DNA of 64,000 bases, taken from the NCBI GenBank assembly GCA_963736425.1, contig CAVTOX010000016.1, positions 22,719 to 86,718 on the forward strand, read 5' to 3'. The stretch is from an uncultured Actinomycetes bacterium. Lineage in GTDB: Bacteria > Actinomycetota > Actinomycetes > S36-B12 > CAIYMF01. The notes under the pieces were generated by a model. It worked only from the letters and a program-made list of their open reading frames with translations. It was not told the DNA's origin and did not search any database. Both the position numbers and the translations under genes were made by a program. Below are positions 9,721 through 23,300 of the stretch, piece by piece. Every line of letters starts with the position of its first letter. Position 1 is the first letter of the stretch.

Positions 9721-10383
9721 TTGCATGGAATCGTGAACGCGGAGACGTTCGAGACGATCTCGGCCGCGACGAGGGAGGCCCTCATGCGGGCCGGCCGGCC
9801 CCGGGAGTTCCGGCCCGGTGAGGTGGTGTTCCACCAGGGGGATCCGTGTGACTCGCTGTTCCTCCTGCGCCGCGGCCGGGTGTCGGTGCACGTGCTGACC
9901 CCGGATGGTGACGATGCCACCATCGGCTTGATCGCAGCCCCTGACGCCTTCGGCGAGGTCGGGCTGATCCGCCCCGAGCACCACCACACCGCGACGGTGG
10001 TTGCCCTCGATGACGTCCACGTCCTGTCGGTCCTGGCGACACGGTTCCACGACTTGCGGACGGACCATCCCGACCTCACCGAGTGGCTCCTGCTGACACT
10101 CACCCAGAGGCTCGAGCGGATGTCGGCGCTCCTCGCGGACGCCCTGTTCGTTGACGCGGAGCACCGCGTCGCCAGACGCCTGCTCGACTGCCGCTGCTCG
10201 TTCGGCGTCGACGGTGCCGAGCCGCTGCCCCTGACCCAGGACGACCTGGCCGCCATGGCCGGAGTCTCGCGACCCACGGCCAACCGGGTGCTGCGCCATC
10301 TCGAGGACCAGGGCGTCGTGCGACTCGGTCGGGGCCACATCACCATCGCGGACCTCGAGACGCTGGCCCACGCCGCCCGCTGA
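9721..10383 (+). CDS. Crp/Fnr family transcriptional regulator
   Basis: cNMP-binding domain (FHQGDPCDSLFLLRRGRVSV) plus a C-terminal HTH (LTQDDLAAMAGVSRPTANRVLRHLEDQG). The start is TTG 9721 or in-frame GTG 9733. Confidence 0.85.
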   Translation: MHGIVNAETFETISAATREALMRAGRPREFRPGEVVFHQGDPCDSLFLLRRGRVSVHVLTPDGDDATIGLIAAPDAFGEVGLIRPEHHHTATVVALDDVHVLSVLATRFHDLRTDHPDLTEWLLLTLTQRLERMSALLADALFVDAEHRVARRLLDCRCSFGVDGAEPLPLTQDDLAAMAGVSRPTANRVLRHLEDQGVVRLGRGHITIADLETLAHAAR

Positions 10384-10399
10384 CCAGTGACGGAGGGCC

Positions 10400-11751
10400 T
10401 CACATCTGCGCGTAGCGGAGCGCTCCGGTCCGATGGGAGCACTCGTCCCCGATCGCCATCGACCCGATGCGCCCGGCCGAACGCAGCCCCAGCAGGGCGT
10501 CGACCATCCGCTCGCGCAGGGTGAAGGGGCTGATCGTGTTCACGTTGATCTTCGTCCCGCCCTCGAACCCGGCGAGCGTGGACACGCGCCACTTGAGGTT
10601 GATCCGCCACGGCATCGCAACGTCGGCGCCGACCGGGCGGTAGTGCCACTCCTCGTTGGTGGGGACCGCTCGACCCGTTGCGGCGTGGCAGGCGTGCACC
10701 ACGTCCGACACAGCCCGAAGCGCCTCTGGGGAGTGCTCCCAGGGCAGTTGGGCAGTGCCCGTGGCGTAGATCTCGACTGTCGGATAGCGGTGGCCGACGC
10801 CCGCGAGGGCGATGCAGTGGCCGTTCTCGGCGATGACCAGCCGATCCTGGGCAGCCGGGTCGGCGATCATCGTGTTGAACAGGTCGGGTGCATCGCGGAG
10901 CATGCTCAGGGCGCGGTTCATCAGCGGCCCGTACTCGTCGATCGCGACCAACTGCTTGTGCAGGTGGTCGAAGGAGGCGCCCGCAGGGCGCAGCCAGTTC
11001 TGGAACGCCGCGACGTAGAGGGCGTACGGGTTGGTCCGGTTCAGGTCCGCCAGCCCATCCACGCTCAGGCTCAGGAAGGCGTGATGCTCCACCGCGGTGA
11101 GGTCCCCGGAGGATGCCAGTTCGTCGTCGCGGGTCGCCCCGTCGATGAAGTGCCGGCGGGCGGCGATGACGTCGTGCGAGCTGGCGAAGACGGTGCCGGC
11201 GCGGGCGAGGAGCCGCTCCTCGGGCTCAGCCGCGACCTCCTCGGCGCTCGCGCCGGCCGCCTGCATCCGGGTGCGCTTGATGGCCAGGACGTGGTCGCGT
11301 CCGACAGGCGTGGCGGCGTACTCGCCGGCCCGAGCGAGTGCCTCGGCCGGGATCTCGTAGCCGTGGTTGGCGTGCCAGTACTCGAACGCGAGGATCTCGA
11401 AGAGGTTGGGGAAGCGCCGGAAGTCCGCCACTGTGTCCCCGAGCTGCTCGGCGGGCAGGCTGTGCAGGATCCTCCACGGGGCGGACCCACCGGCAGCGGT
11501 GGTGTCGAGGATCAGCCGGGACCGCTCCGGCGGTGTCTCGAGATACCGGCCGGGGCAGAAGGCACAGACAGCGTGCGAGCCGGCGGAGCCCAGCGACTGC
11601 GGTGCGGGCAGGGCCGAGGGGATCGGCCGGTTGGAGCGACCCGGGACCGTCCACACCACGGTTCCGGTCAGCGGCGACTGCTGGCGAACGGTCCCGTCCG
11701 GAAGCTGCTCCAGGACGCGGACGGGCTCATCCGTGGCTCGGGTCCTGGAGC

Positions 11752-11755
<4 letters not shown>
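10400..11755 (-). CDS. DUF4921 / galactose-1-phosphate uridylyltransferase-like (HIT superfamily) protein
   Basis: GalT-like CxxC (HAVCAFCPG) and HxHxQ (FDHLHKQ) motifs. The start is set at GTG 11755, which overlaps the upstream stop (GTGA 11752-11755). Confidence 0.7.
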
Positions 11756-14513
<2,758 letters not shown>

Positions 14514-14605
14514 TCACGGTTGCGGGTCAGCGCCGGAATCCCACCGGCTTCCCCTGAACTTCGGACGAGTTCGGTACCCGGAACCTACCCGACGTCGACG
14601 GCACC

Positions 14606-14634
14606 TTGACACCCGGGTTGCGTCGGCGTAGTAC
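14606..14634 (+). promoter_or_regulatory. candidate sigma-70-type promoter upstream of the aldolase gene
   Basis: TTGACA (14606-14611), 17 nt spacer, TAGTAC (14629-14634), about 30 nt upstream of GTG 14666. Confidence 0.35.
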
Positions 14635-14665
14635 GGAAGTGACGTGATGAGAAGGATGTGGACTC

Positions 14666-15553
14666 GTGAACACCGAACAGTTCCAGAAGATCAGGACCGC
14701 CCAGGGGTTCATCGCGGCGCTGGACCAGAGCGGCGGCAGCACCCCGAAGGCCCTGAGGCTCTACGGAGTGGACGAGTCGGCCTACTCCGGCGACGCCGAG
14801 ATGTTCGACCGGATCCACCAGATGCGCACCCGGATCATCACCAGTCCCGCGTTCACCGGGGAGCGGATCCTCGGCTCGATCCTCTTCGAGATGACGATGG
14901 ACCGTCAGATCATGGGCATGGGTGCCGCTGAGTACCTGTGGCAGGAGAAGGACGTCGTGCCCTTCCTGAAGGTCGACAAGGGATTGGCCGAGGAGGTCGA
15001 CGGGGCGCAGGTCATGAAGCCGATGCCCGACCTGGATTCGGTCATGGCCAAGGCGATCTCCCACGGGGTGTTCGGCACGAAGATGCGCTCGGTCATCAAG
15101 CTGGGCAATCAGGCCGGTGTGGCGGCCGTCGTGAGCCAGCAGTTCGAGGTCGGCCGGCACATCATCGGCGCCGGCCTGGTGCCGATCATCGAGCCTGAGG
15201 TCGACATCCACAGCCCGGAGAAGGCGCAGGCCGAGGTCCTGCTCAAGGCCGCACTCCAGGCCGAGATCGAGCAGCTCGGTGCCGACGAGTTCATCATGCT
15301 CAAGCTCACGTTGCCGGAGCAGGACGACTTCTACGCCGAGCTCGTGGAGCATCCCAACGTGCTGCGCGTGGTCGCGCTGTCCGGTGGGTACTCCCGGGCG
15401 GAGGCCAACGAGTTGCTCGCGCGCAACCACGGGGTGGTGGCCAGCTTCTCCCGGGCCCTGACCGAGGGCCTGACCGCGCAACAGGGCGAGGCGGAGTTCG
15501 ACGCCGCCCTGGATGCATCGATCGAGAGCATCTTCCAGGCGTCGATCACCTGA
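14666..15553 (+). CDS. class I fructose-bisphosphate aldolase
   Basis: [30 protein letters not shown] is typical of the bacterial class I (Fda-type) aldolases. 295 aa, GTG start with AGAAGGA upstream. Confidence 0.88.
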   Translation: MNTEQFQKIRTAQGFIAALDQSGGSTPKALRLYGVDESAYSGDAEMFDRIHQMRTRIITSPAFTGERILGSILFEMTMDRQIMGMGAAEYLWQEKDVVPFLKVDKGLAEEVDGAQVMKPMPDLDSVMAKAISHGVFGTKMRSVIKLGNQAGVAAVVSQQFEVGRHIIGAGLVPIIEPEVDIHSPEKAQAEVLLKAALQAEIEQLGADEFIMLKLTLPEQDDFYAELVEHPNVLRVVALSGGYSRAEANELLARNHGVVASFSRALTEGLTAQQGEAEFDAALDASIESIFQASIT

Positions 15554-15609
15554 GCGGACGCTCGGGGCGTTCTTGCGACCGACCATCGAACCGGGGGATC
15601 GAGGGGACG

Positions 15610-17135
15610 TCAGGCGCTCGCAGCGCGACTTCGACTGACGGTGTCGACCAGGGCCTCGATGCGCTCCCCGGCAGCCAGTCCGACGAGTACCCCGAGCGCG
15701 ATGCCGACCATGGTCGCGCCGGCGGTGACCAGGGAGGCGGTGCCGTCGATGCGTTCGTCGCCGAGGTACTTGGCGACTCCGACGAGCCCCAGGGCTCCCG
15801 GGATGAGCAGCCAGAACGCCGGCAGGAAGCTGACCAGGGTGGGCGGCCCGGACTTCTGGGTGGCGGCGAACATCGCGACCGGGGTCATCACCAGGGCGCC
15901 GAAGAACGCCGACAGGACCCCGCCGAAGAACAGCCCGCCGATGACCTGTCCGGCGTAGGCGACGTAGAGCACGAGGATGATCCAGCCCATGGAGGCGGGT
16001 CGGGCGCAGTGGTGCACGACGGCACCGACGCCGAACACGGCCACGCCCAGCCATGGCGCGTAGGGGCCCAGGGGTTGGGAGGCGACCTCGGCCAGGCCGT
16101 CGCCGGACCCGCCCACGAGCTGGGCGCCGGCGAGGACACCCAGGGCGAGCAGCACCAGTTGCATGCCGCCGGCGGCCAGGCGCCCGGCGCCGGAGATCAT
16201 CTGCCCGGTGGACAGCTCGATGACGGCGGTGGTGAGCAGGGCGCCGGGCAGGAAGGTGACCAGCGGGGCCACCAGGGCGGGAAGTCCGCCGATGTCCAAG
16301 TCCGTGCGGGCCAGGCTGAACACCGATGCCGAGACGCCGAACGCGCACAACACGGGCAGCAGGACCCTGGTTGTGGGGGTGAGCCGGTCGGAGCGCATCT
16401 GGACGACGCCGATGGCGGCGCCGAGCAGCCCTGCGACCAGCAGGTCGGGCAGGCTGGCGCGCAGCAGCAGTGCCAGTCCGAGGGTGAGCACGACGTATCC
16501 CAGGGCGCGCTGGCCGGGGCGGAATGACGGTGCCATGGTGCGTGCGGCGTGGATCAGGTCCAGGCCGTCCTCGGGGCCGATGTCACCGCGAGCGGCGGCG
16601 TCGACGATGGTGAAGACCTCGTCGATCTGGTCCAGGCGCAGTGGCGTTGGCCGGCTGTGGTGACCGCGGTGTGGACTGCGCCGTCGCCGGGGACCGAGAC
16701 GATCAGGGCTGTGGCCAGGACGACGACCTCGGTGCCCTGAACCCCGTTGACCTCCGCCACCTCGGCCAGGCTGGAGCGGACGTGGGTGACCGGGTCGCCC
16801 GAGTCGATCATGGCTTCACCCAGGGCAACCATGAACGTCATGACGTCGGTGCTTGACGCGGTGTGCTGCGCCGGCGGGGGCACGAGCCCGCTTCCCTGGG
16901 CGGAGGCAGCGGGGCTGCCGGCCCCGGTCGTGCGCGGCTCGGATCGGGCCGCGTCGCGCCGGTGGTGGGTCCACAGCGCCCACGTGACGACGGCGATGAC
17001 GGCGACGGCGATCAGGACCGACGCGAGCGGGATCTCGGAGTCCTGCAGGGCCGGCGCACCGGAGGTCACCGTGGTTCCCGTGAGCCCGGCCGACTGGTCG
17101 AGGACGGCCGACGCGATCCCCAGCCCCGGGGTCAC
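15610..17135 (-). pseudogene. thrE: threonine/serine exporter family protein (ThrE-like), one frameshift near 16650
   Basis: The N-terminal domain (MVALGEAMIDSGDPVTHV...VTTAG) is in the frame of ORF 16554..17336. It continues as PTPLRLDQIDEVFTIVDAAARGD...MAPSFRPG in the frame of ORF 15610..16536. The GTG start overlaps the upstream stop (GTGA 17132-17135). Confidence 0.75.
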
Positions 17136-18370
17136 TGGCCCCCGGCGCTCGGCAGCCAGGTGTGGGCCGCGGCCACCAGGGCGTTGACCCCGATGGTGAG
17201 GGTGGGTTCGATGACCGGCGCGAACAGCGGGGAGTGGTTCGAGGGCAGTGCCGCGGTGCGCAGCGCGATCTCCTCGAAGTCCGCCGCCCCTTCGAACACG
17301 GCCGGGTCCGCGCCGCCGAGCAGCCAGTAGACGCACGGGACGCCGGCGGCGATGGCCAGCAGCCCGACGTCCTCACTGCCGGTCACCGGGCCCGGGTCGA
17401 CCACCATCGCCCCGATGCCCTGCAGGGCGGGGCGGGTCCGCTCGACAGCGGCCTGGTCGTTGGAGACGGCGGGGAACGACGAGGTGAGCTCCACGTCCGG
17501 GGGTTTCGGGGCGTCGGAGGCGGCGGCCTCGGCGCGGGCGATCCGCCCGATGGCCGCCACGACCCGGTCGCGCACGTCGACGGTGAACGTGCGGACGGTG
17601 ATCAGCAGCTCGGCGTGGTCGGGGATGATGTTCGCCGCGGTGCCGGCCCTCATCATCCCGACGGTGACGACCGCGGTCTCGCTGCCACCGACCTCACGGG
17701 ACACCACCGTCTGCAGGCGCATCACGGTGGCTGCGGCCATCACGACCGGGTCGACCGACACCTCCGGGCGCGACCCGTGCGCCCCGCGTCCGTGCAGCAC
17801 GATGCGCAGCACGTCCGCGGCGGCGAACGCCGGCCCGGAGCGCAGCCCGATCACCCCGGCGGGGATCGGGGCCACGTGCTGGCCGAGGACCACGTCCGGG
17901 TGACCGAAGCGGTCGAACAGGCCGTCGTCGAGCATCGCCTGGGCCCCGGCCCCGAGCTCCTCGGCCGGTTGGAACACCAGCATCAGGGTGCCGGCCCACG
18001 ACCCGGTGTCCGCGGCCAGCCGCTCGGCGGCCCCGAGCAGGGCGGTCACGTGCATGTCATGGCCGCAGGCGTGCATCACCGGGACGTCCCCGGACTCGCC
18101 GGGTGCCACATCGGTGCTGGCGTAGGGCAGGCCGGTCGCCTCGGCCACCGGCAGGCCGTCCATGTCCGCGCGCAGCAGCGCGGTCGGCCCGTCGCCGTTG
18201 CGCAGGATCCCCACCACCCCGGTGCGGCCCACCCCGGTGGTCACCTCGAACCCGAACCGGGTCAACCAGTCGGCCACGATGCCCGCGGTCCGGTGCTCGG
18301 CGAACCCCAGCTCCGGGTGCGCGTGCAGGTCCCGGTAGATGTTCGCCAGGTCCTCGGCGGTGGATGTCAT
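17132..18370 (-). CDS. M20 family amidohydrolase (M20D, N-acyl-amino-acid/hippurate hydrolase-like)
   Basis: LHAHPELGFAEHRT, LRADMDGLPV and MHACGHDMH motifs. 412 aa, intact. Confidence 0.9.
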   Translation of the reverse strand: MTSTAEDLANIYRDLHAHPELGFAEHRTAGIVADWLTRFGFEVTTGVGRTGVVGILRNGDGPTALLRADMDGLPVAEATGLPYASTDVAPGESGDVPVMHACGHDMHVTALLGAAERLAADTGSWAGTLMLVFQPAEELGAGAQAMLDDGLFDRFGHPDVVLGQHVAPIPAGVIGLRSGPAFAAADVLRIVLHGRGAHGSRPEVSVDPVVMAAATVMRLQTVVSREVGGSETAVVTVGMMRAGTAANIIPDHAELLITVRTFTVDVRDRVVAAIGRIARAEAAASDAPKPPDVELTSSFPAVSNDQAAVERTRPALQGIGAMVVDPGPVTGSEDVGLLAIAAGVPCVYWLLGGADPAVFEGAADFEEIALRTAALPSNHSPLFAPVIEPTLTIGVNALVAAAHTWLPSAGGQ

Positions 18371-18392
18371 CGAAGCTCCTCGAGTCGGTCGG

Positions 18393-18723
18393 TCATCGGC
18401 ACACGAAATGGTTGATCTCGGCCCGTCCCGTTGCGGTGACGTCGATCGCGCGGTCCAGATATGACTGGCAGTCGTCGACGTCGACGGTGACCACCCAGGA
18501 GTTCACCGGCTGGCCCGGCTGCGCGACGGGACCGGATCGCGGTACCAGGGCGCCGTCGATGCCGGTTCGCCGGGGATCCCGGCCATCGGAGCCATCACCG
18601 GTCTGAGAAGCCAGAGGCCTGCTCGCCCCATTGATGGAACGTCCAACCGAACAGCGCGCTGTAGAAGGCCCGGATCGCCTCAGGTCGGCTGGCGTGGATC
18701 TCGAAGTGCACGGGTCGCGGCAT
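18393..18723 (-). pseudogene. VOC/glyoxalase family protein, frameshift around 18605-18640
   Basis: The N-terminal MPRPVHFEIHASRPEAIRAFYSALFGWTF reaches a stop at 18595-18597. The continuation QTGDGSDG...GIDGALVPR...VNSWVVTVDVDDCQSYLDRA is in the frame of ORF 18393..18860. Confidence 0.6.
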
Positions 18724-18771
18724 GTCCCGACGCTACTGGGGCCGCATGGCCGACGTCGATGGCAGAGTGCG

Positions 18772-19584
18772 TCAGGCGGGAGCCTGTTCGCGGGCCCATA
18801 CCCGGAAGTCGCTGAGGAAGTTGGGCCCGAAGCTCGTGGCGATCGCCACGTCAGCAGCATCGCGACCCCGCGCGATCAGGATCCGGCCCGTCATGGGGTG
18901 CAGGTTGCGCGGGTCCACTGTGAACCATCGGCCGTCGAGGTAGACCTCGAACCAGCCCGAGAAGTCCATCGGCTCCTCGGGTGTCGCCAGCTCGACTCCG
19001 GCGACGTATCCGGTGCAGTAGCGCGCGGGGATGTTCAGGGCCCGGCAGAACGCCATCCCGAGATGGGCGTAGTCGCGGCACACCCCGTGGCCCTCCTGGT
19101 AGGCGTCCCAGGCGGTCTTGCTGGGCCGGGCCCACTCGTAGCCGAAGGTGATGTGGTCGTGGACCCACTGGTTGATTGCCTGGACGCGGGGCCAACCCGG
19201 CTCGGCACTGCCGAAGAGGTCCCAGGCCAGGTCGGCAAGTCGGTCGCTGTCGGCGTAGCGGCTGGGCAGCAGGTAGACCAGCGCATCCTCGGGCAGGTCC
19301 TCCACCGCATGCTGCCGCCCTGTGGAGGGGACTTCGTCAGGCAGGCCGCGGTCACTGATCTCGGTATCGGCGCGGATCTGGAAGGTGCCTGCTGGCGCGG
19401 TGACCCGGTTGCACCAGTTGCCGAAGGAATCGCGGTACGAGGTGAACGGGGTCGAAGGTGAGGTGATCATCGTGTCAGGTGCCAACAGATCCGAGGACCG
19501 GCTGTAGTGCACATTGAGGACGACGATCATCGGAGTGGACTGCTCCAACTCGAACGTCAGCTGGTACCCGATCCGGATCCGCAT
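18772..19584 (-). CDS. transglutaminase family protein
   Basis: Transglutaminase core GVCRDYAHLGMAFCRALNIPARYCTGY with a Bact_transglu_N-like N-terminus. 270 aa. Confidence 0.85.
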   Translation of the reverse strand: MRIRIGYQLTFELEQSTPMIVVLNVHYSRSSDLLAPDTMITSPSTPFTSYRDSFGNWCNRVTAPAGTFQIRADTEISDRGLPDEVPSTGRQHAVEDLPEDALVYLLPSRYADSDRLADLAWDLFGSAEPGWPRVQAINQWVHDHITFGYEWARPSKTAWDAYQEGHGVCRDYAHLGMAFCRALNIPARYCTGYVAGVELATPEEPMDFSGWFEVYLDGRWFTVDPRNLHPMTGRILIARGRDAADVAIATSFGPNFLSDFRVWAREQAPA

Positions 19585-19653
19585 CCTCCACCGCCTGCCT
19601 GCGATTGTTCCACGGTTGGCTGCGGTCGGCTTCCGGCGAGATGCCCGATCCCG

Positions 19654-20790
19654 TCAGTCGCCGAGCCCGGTGCCGACCTTGCGGGCAGCCGCGACCAGGT
19701 CGTGATCTGCGGGCACGAGCTTGACCTTGCCGGCGACCTCGGTCAGCGGCACCGGCACGGTGGTCTCACCCCGGGCGGCGACCATGTAGCCGTACTCGCC
19801 CTGGGCCACGAGGTCGGCAGCGGCGGCTCCGAGACGGGTGGCGAGCAACCGGTCGGCGGCGCACGGCGCCCCGCCTCGCTGCACGTAGCCCAGGATGGTC
19901 ACGCGCGTCTCCAGGCCCGTCGCGGCCTCCAGCTCGCGGGCAAGGCGGAAGGTGTGCTCGCGCTGGGAGTCCTCCACATGGGCCAGGTGGGCCTTCGCCG
20001 CCCGCGAGGACTCGGGCGTCTTGGCGGCCTTCACCAGGAGCCGGGCGGCCTCGTAGTCGGCGGTGTCGTCGGCGTCGCGCGCACCCTCAGCGACCGCGAC
20101 CACACTGAAGGAGCTGCCTCGCGCGGTACGGGCCCGGATGGTCTCGGCGATCCTCTCGACCGAGTAGGGGATCTCGGGGATCAGGATGACGTCCGCCCCT
20201 CCGGCGAGCCCGGAGGCCAGGGTGAGCCACCCGGCCCGGTGGCCCATGACCTCGGTGAGGATGATCCGGTGGTGGCTGTGCGCCGTGCTGTGGACGCGGT
20301 CGATGGCCTCCGTGGCGATCTCGGTGGCGGTGGCGAATCCGAAGCTGGTGTCCGTGCCGACGATGTCGTTGTCGATCGTCTTGGGCAGGGTGAGGACGTT
20401 CAGGCCGGCGGCCTGCAGGCGCAGGGCGTTCTTCGCCGTTCCCCCACCGCCGATGACGATCAGACCGTCCAACCCCTCCTTCTCGTAGTTCGCCACCACG
20501 GTGGGGACCATGTCGCGGACCTCGCCGTCGACGTCCATGCGATGCACCTTGTCCCGGCTCGTGCCCAGGATGGTTCCTCCGCGTGTGAGGATCCCGGACA
20601 GCGCAGCGCTGTCCAGTGGCACGTGCCGGTTCTGCGCGAGCCCGGTGATGCCGTCGCGGAACCCGACCAGTTCCATTCCGTAGTGGCCGATCGCTGTCTT
20701 GCCCACTCCGCGGATCGCAGCGTTGAGCCCCGGGCTGTCACCACCGGCAGTCAGGATGCCGATCCGCTTGGCCTTCTTGCGCGACACCAA
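19654..20790 (-). CDS. pfkA: 6-phosphofructokinase (ATP- or PPi-dependent)
   Basis: [28 protein letters not shown] and [10 protein letters not shown] motifs. 378 aa. Confidence 0.9.
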   Translation of the reverse strand: MVSRKKAKRIGILTAGGDSPGLNAAIRGVGKTAIGHYGMELVGFRDGITGLAQNRHVPLDSAALSGILTRGGTILGTSRDKVHRMDVDGEVRDMVPTVVANYEKEGLDGLIVIGGGGTAKNALRLQAAGLNVLTLPKTIDNDIVGTDTSFGFATATEIATEAIDRVHSTAHSHHRIILTEVMGHRAGWLTLASGLAGGADVILIPEIPYSVERIAETIRARTARGSSFSVVAVAEGARDADDTADYEAARLLVKAAKTPESSRAAKAHLAHVEDSQREHTFRLARELEAATGLETRVTILGYVQRGGAPCAADRLLATRLGAAAADLVAQGEYGYMVAARGETTVPVPLTEVAGKVKLVPADHDLVAAARKVGTGLGD

Positions 20791-20901
20791 CGCACCTCAT
20801 CTCGCTCGGGACTGGCGTGCGTCATTGTGTCGGGGTACCGCGGTTCGACCAAGTCCTGCTCGTTACGTTCGTGTTGCGCCCGGCCCGACCCGACGGGGGC
20901 G

Positions 20902-21501
20902 TCAGCTGCAGGCGCGCACGAAGGGCAGGACGCGGCTCCACAGCATCTCGGTGCCGACGGGGTCGTACTCCTCGGGCAGTGACGGGTCGCTGAACAGGTG
21001 CCCGGTGCCGGGGTAGTCGAACACCTCAAGGGTGCCGCCGGCTGCCTGCACCTCGACCACGGCCTGATCGATCATGTCCTGCTCGCGCCACGGGTCGTCG
21101 AGGGTGGCATGCGTCTGGGCCGGCACTCCTGCTGGCCACCGCGCATCGGCGCCGAAGGCTGAGGCGGGCAGGGCGCCGGCGATCATGAGGACCCCGGACA
21201 CCGCGCGCTGGGTGGCGATGTGCACGGCCATCACGCACCCGAGCGAGAAGCCCGCGGACACGAACCCGTCGGGCAGGTCGGCCACCGCCTCCCGTGCGCG
21301 GCGCATGAGCTCGGCATGCCCGAGCTCCTCCTCCGCGAAGGCCATGGCCGGCTCGTAGTCGTCGAAGGTGCGACCCTCGTAGAGGTCCACCACGAGCACG
21401 TCGTGACCGTCCCGGCGCAGCCGCTCAGCGGCGTCGAGCACACCGGGGCGGATGCCGAGCACGGAGGGGAACAGCGCGACCGTCGTCATGGCCGGAGTCA
21501 A
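20902..21501 (-). CDS. dienelactone hydrolase family protein
   Basis: 199 aa alpha/beta fold with GFSLGC nucleophile elbow and a C-terminal GTGHLF motif. Confidence 0.8.
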   Translation of the reverse strand: MTPAMTTVALFPSVLGIRPGVLDAAERLRRDGHDVLVVDLYEGRTFDDYEPAMAFAEEELGHAELMRRAREAVADLPDGFVSAGFSLGCVMAVHIATQRAVSGVLMIAGALPASAFGADARWPAGVPAQTHATLDDPWREQDMIDQAVVEVQAAGGTLEVFDYPGTGHLFSDPSLPEEYDPVGTEMLWSRVLPFVRACS

Positions 21502-21532
21502 GCACCACGTGGCTCGCCCTGTCGACCAGGGC

Positions 21533-22405
21533 TCAGAGGCGGCCCAGGAGGTCCGCCTTCTTCGATTCGAACTCCTCGGGTGTCAGGATCCCCGCGTCGC
21601 GCAGCTCACCGAGCTTCTTGATCTGCTCGATCAGGGCGTCGCCGGACGGAGCTGCTGGGGCGGCCGGAGCCGCAGGCGGGGCCGCGTGGCCCGAACCGCC
21701 CAGCACCTGGTCCATGATCAGGCTGCGCAGCTTCTCGGCGTCGGCGGCGTCCACGGAGAACACGATGGTGTTCCCGGACGCGAAGACGGTCACGTCGTGG
21801 TACCACGCACCCCTGCGCGCCTGCACCGACGAGACGGACTTCATCGGGATGACCTCGACGTCCTCCGGCCCACCGGCCAGCATCCCCGTCAGCGACATCC
21901 GGCTGGTCGGCTTGGTCCGCTCGATGCGGTCCGGGTACAGCGTCACGATCGAGTTCCGACCGGCGTCGTGGCTGATGCCTCGCCAGAGGGCTCCCTCGGG
22001 CAGCGGTCCCGTCTTCTCCAGGGTGGCCTCGTCGCGCTGCTTGGCCTGGGCGGTCGCCTGACCTGCGGCCTGCTGAGCGGTGGCGGACGCCTGGGTGGCG
22101 GCCGCCTTGGCCTTGCCCATCCAGTCCTCGTCCTGGGCCTTGGACTTCAGCGACTTGAACATGCCACTCATCTTCGCGCTCGCGGTCGCAGTGGTCGCGG
22201 GCCCAGCGGACGGCTCGGGCGCAGGTGGGCCTCCCGCGGGCGGTCCGGGCGGTGGGGGTGGGGGTGGCGGGGCATCGGGGACGGCGACCCAGAACTCCCA
22301 GCCCTCCGGCGCCGCCGGCCAGGCGGGGTCGGGTCGCCAGTCGTTGCCGGGAGTGAAGCCCTCAGCAACCTGCCATCCGGGCGGGGGATTGAACCGGTAC
22401 GCCAT
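21533..22405 (-). CDS. SHOCT domain protein with a PH-like (DUF4429/YokE-like) central domain
   Basis: C-terminal SHOCT motif LGELRDAGILTPEEFESKKADLLGRL. N-terminal PPGW/WPxxPEGWEFW motif and a poly-Pro linker. GGAGGTG Shine-Dalgarno sequence before ATG 22405. Confidence 0.75.
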   Translation of the reverse strand: MAYRFNPPPGWQVAEGFTPGNDWRPDPAWPAAPEGWEFWVAVPDAPPPPPPPPGPPAGGPPAPEPSAGPATTATASAKMSGMFKSLKSKAQDEDWMGKAKAAATQASATAQQAAGQATAQAKQRDEATLEKTGPLPEGALWRGISHDAGRNSIVTLYPDRIERTKPTSRMSLTGMLAGGPEDVEVIPMKSVSSVQARRGAWYHDVTVFASGNTIVFSVDAADAEKLRSLIMDQVLGGSGHAAPPAAPAAPAAPSGDALIEQIKKLGELRDAGILTPEEFESKKADLLGRL

Positions 22406-22479
22406 CTCTGCACCTCCACTGCCGCTGGACCAGAACGTGCATCTGGCCGCTTCCGACACTACGCGTCCTCGGGAGGGTC

Positions 22480-23232
22480 ATGGTGCCCGGGCGCACGACC
22501 TGCGTGAGCTCCTCCTCCGTGGGTTCGCAGTACGGTGGCGCGGTGGCCACGTGGAACGACGCGGATCGGAGACGTCGCGCAGGGATGCCCGCGAGCGGCC
22601 CGGATCGGGGCCGCCTCGAGACGGTGGTGGCCTCCCTCGTCGGGGTCGAGGACGTCCGGGACGGCGAGGAGGTCGTCGGCGAGCACCTCACCCGTCTGGA
22701 CTGGACCCGGGTGAGCCTGCGTGCGTGCTTGGTCCGTCTCGCGGATGTCGGCGCGCTGGTGCTCGACCGGGCGCGGGTGATCGACTCGCAGCTGCATGAG
22801 CCGGACATCACGAACCTGAGCGCCGCGGACTCGACCTGGCGCTCCGTCGCGGTGCACGGCGGCCGGATCGGGGCCTGGGACCTGGCGGGCGGAGTGCTTG
22901 ACGCTGTGACTGTGGCCGACGCCCAACTCGGGTACGTCAATCTGCGGAACGCGGACCTGACCGACGTGGTGCTGCGCGACTGCCGGATCGAGACGCTCGA
23001 CCTGGCCGGGGCGACGGCGCGACGCGTGAGCCTCGCCGGCTGCGCGATCGGCGAGCTCGTCGCGACCCATGCCAGCCTGGACGGACTGGACCTCCGTGGC
23101 GCGCGCCTCGACCGGATCGACGGGGTCGAGAACCTGGCCGGGACGACGATCTCGGCCGAACAACTCCTCGACCTGGCTCCCGCGTTGGCCCAGGCGGCGG
23201 GGATCACGATCGGGCCCTGGCCGGTCAGCTGA
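22480..23232 (+). CDS. pentapeptide repeat protein
   Basis: The C-terminal 130 aa consist of A(D/N)LxX repeats (NLRNADLTDVVLRDCRIETLDLAGATARRVSLAGCAIGEL...). The start is uncertain; in-frame ATG 22585 is an alternative. Confidence 0.7.
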   Translation: MVPGRTTCVSSSSVGSQYGGAVATWNDADRRRRAGMPASGPDRGRLETVVASLVGVEDVRDGEEVVGEHLTRLDWTRVSLRACLVRLADVGALVLDRARVIDSQLHEPDITNLSAADSTWRSVAVHGGRIGAWDLAGGVLDAVTVADAQLGYVNLRNADLTDVVLRDCRIETLDLAGATARRVSLAGCAIGELVATHASLDGLDLRGARLDRIDGVENLAGTTISAEQLLDLAPALAQAAGITIGPWPVS

Positions 23233-23251
23233 GAGTTGCCGCGACATGGAA

Positions 23252-23293
23252 GGGCGCGGTCACCAGGTGCTGGCGCACCAGATGACCGCGCCC
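23252..23293. terminator. bidirectional stem-loop between convergent genes
   Basis: Perfect 11-bp arms GGGCGCGGTCA (23252-23262) and TGACCGCGCCC (23283-23293), with an inner GGTGC/GCACC stem. Confidence 0.5.
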
Positions 23294-23300
23294 CTGGAGG

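Noticed and set aside
8833-10371. A 512-aa minus-strand ORF with a striking Arg/Asp-rich tract (RDRRDRWERRERDRRDRRDRHRRDR...).
   Set aside because: The tract is simply another frame of the CGATC repeat. The ORF runs antisense through the well-supported Crp/Fnr gene and has no recognisable domain or ribosome-binding site.
22200-22290. G-rich tract GGTCCGGGCGGTGGGGGTGGGGGTGGCGGGGC, and a similar GGCCGG repeat at 51556-51580, as possible G-quadruplex or regulatory repeats.
   Set aside because: Both are the antisense of poly-Pro/Ala-Pro linkers within well-supported coding regions (the SHOCT protein and the FAD oxidase). Codon-driven composition explains them.
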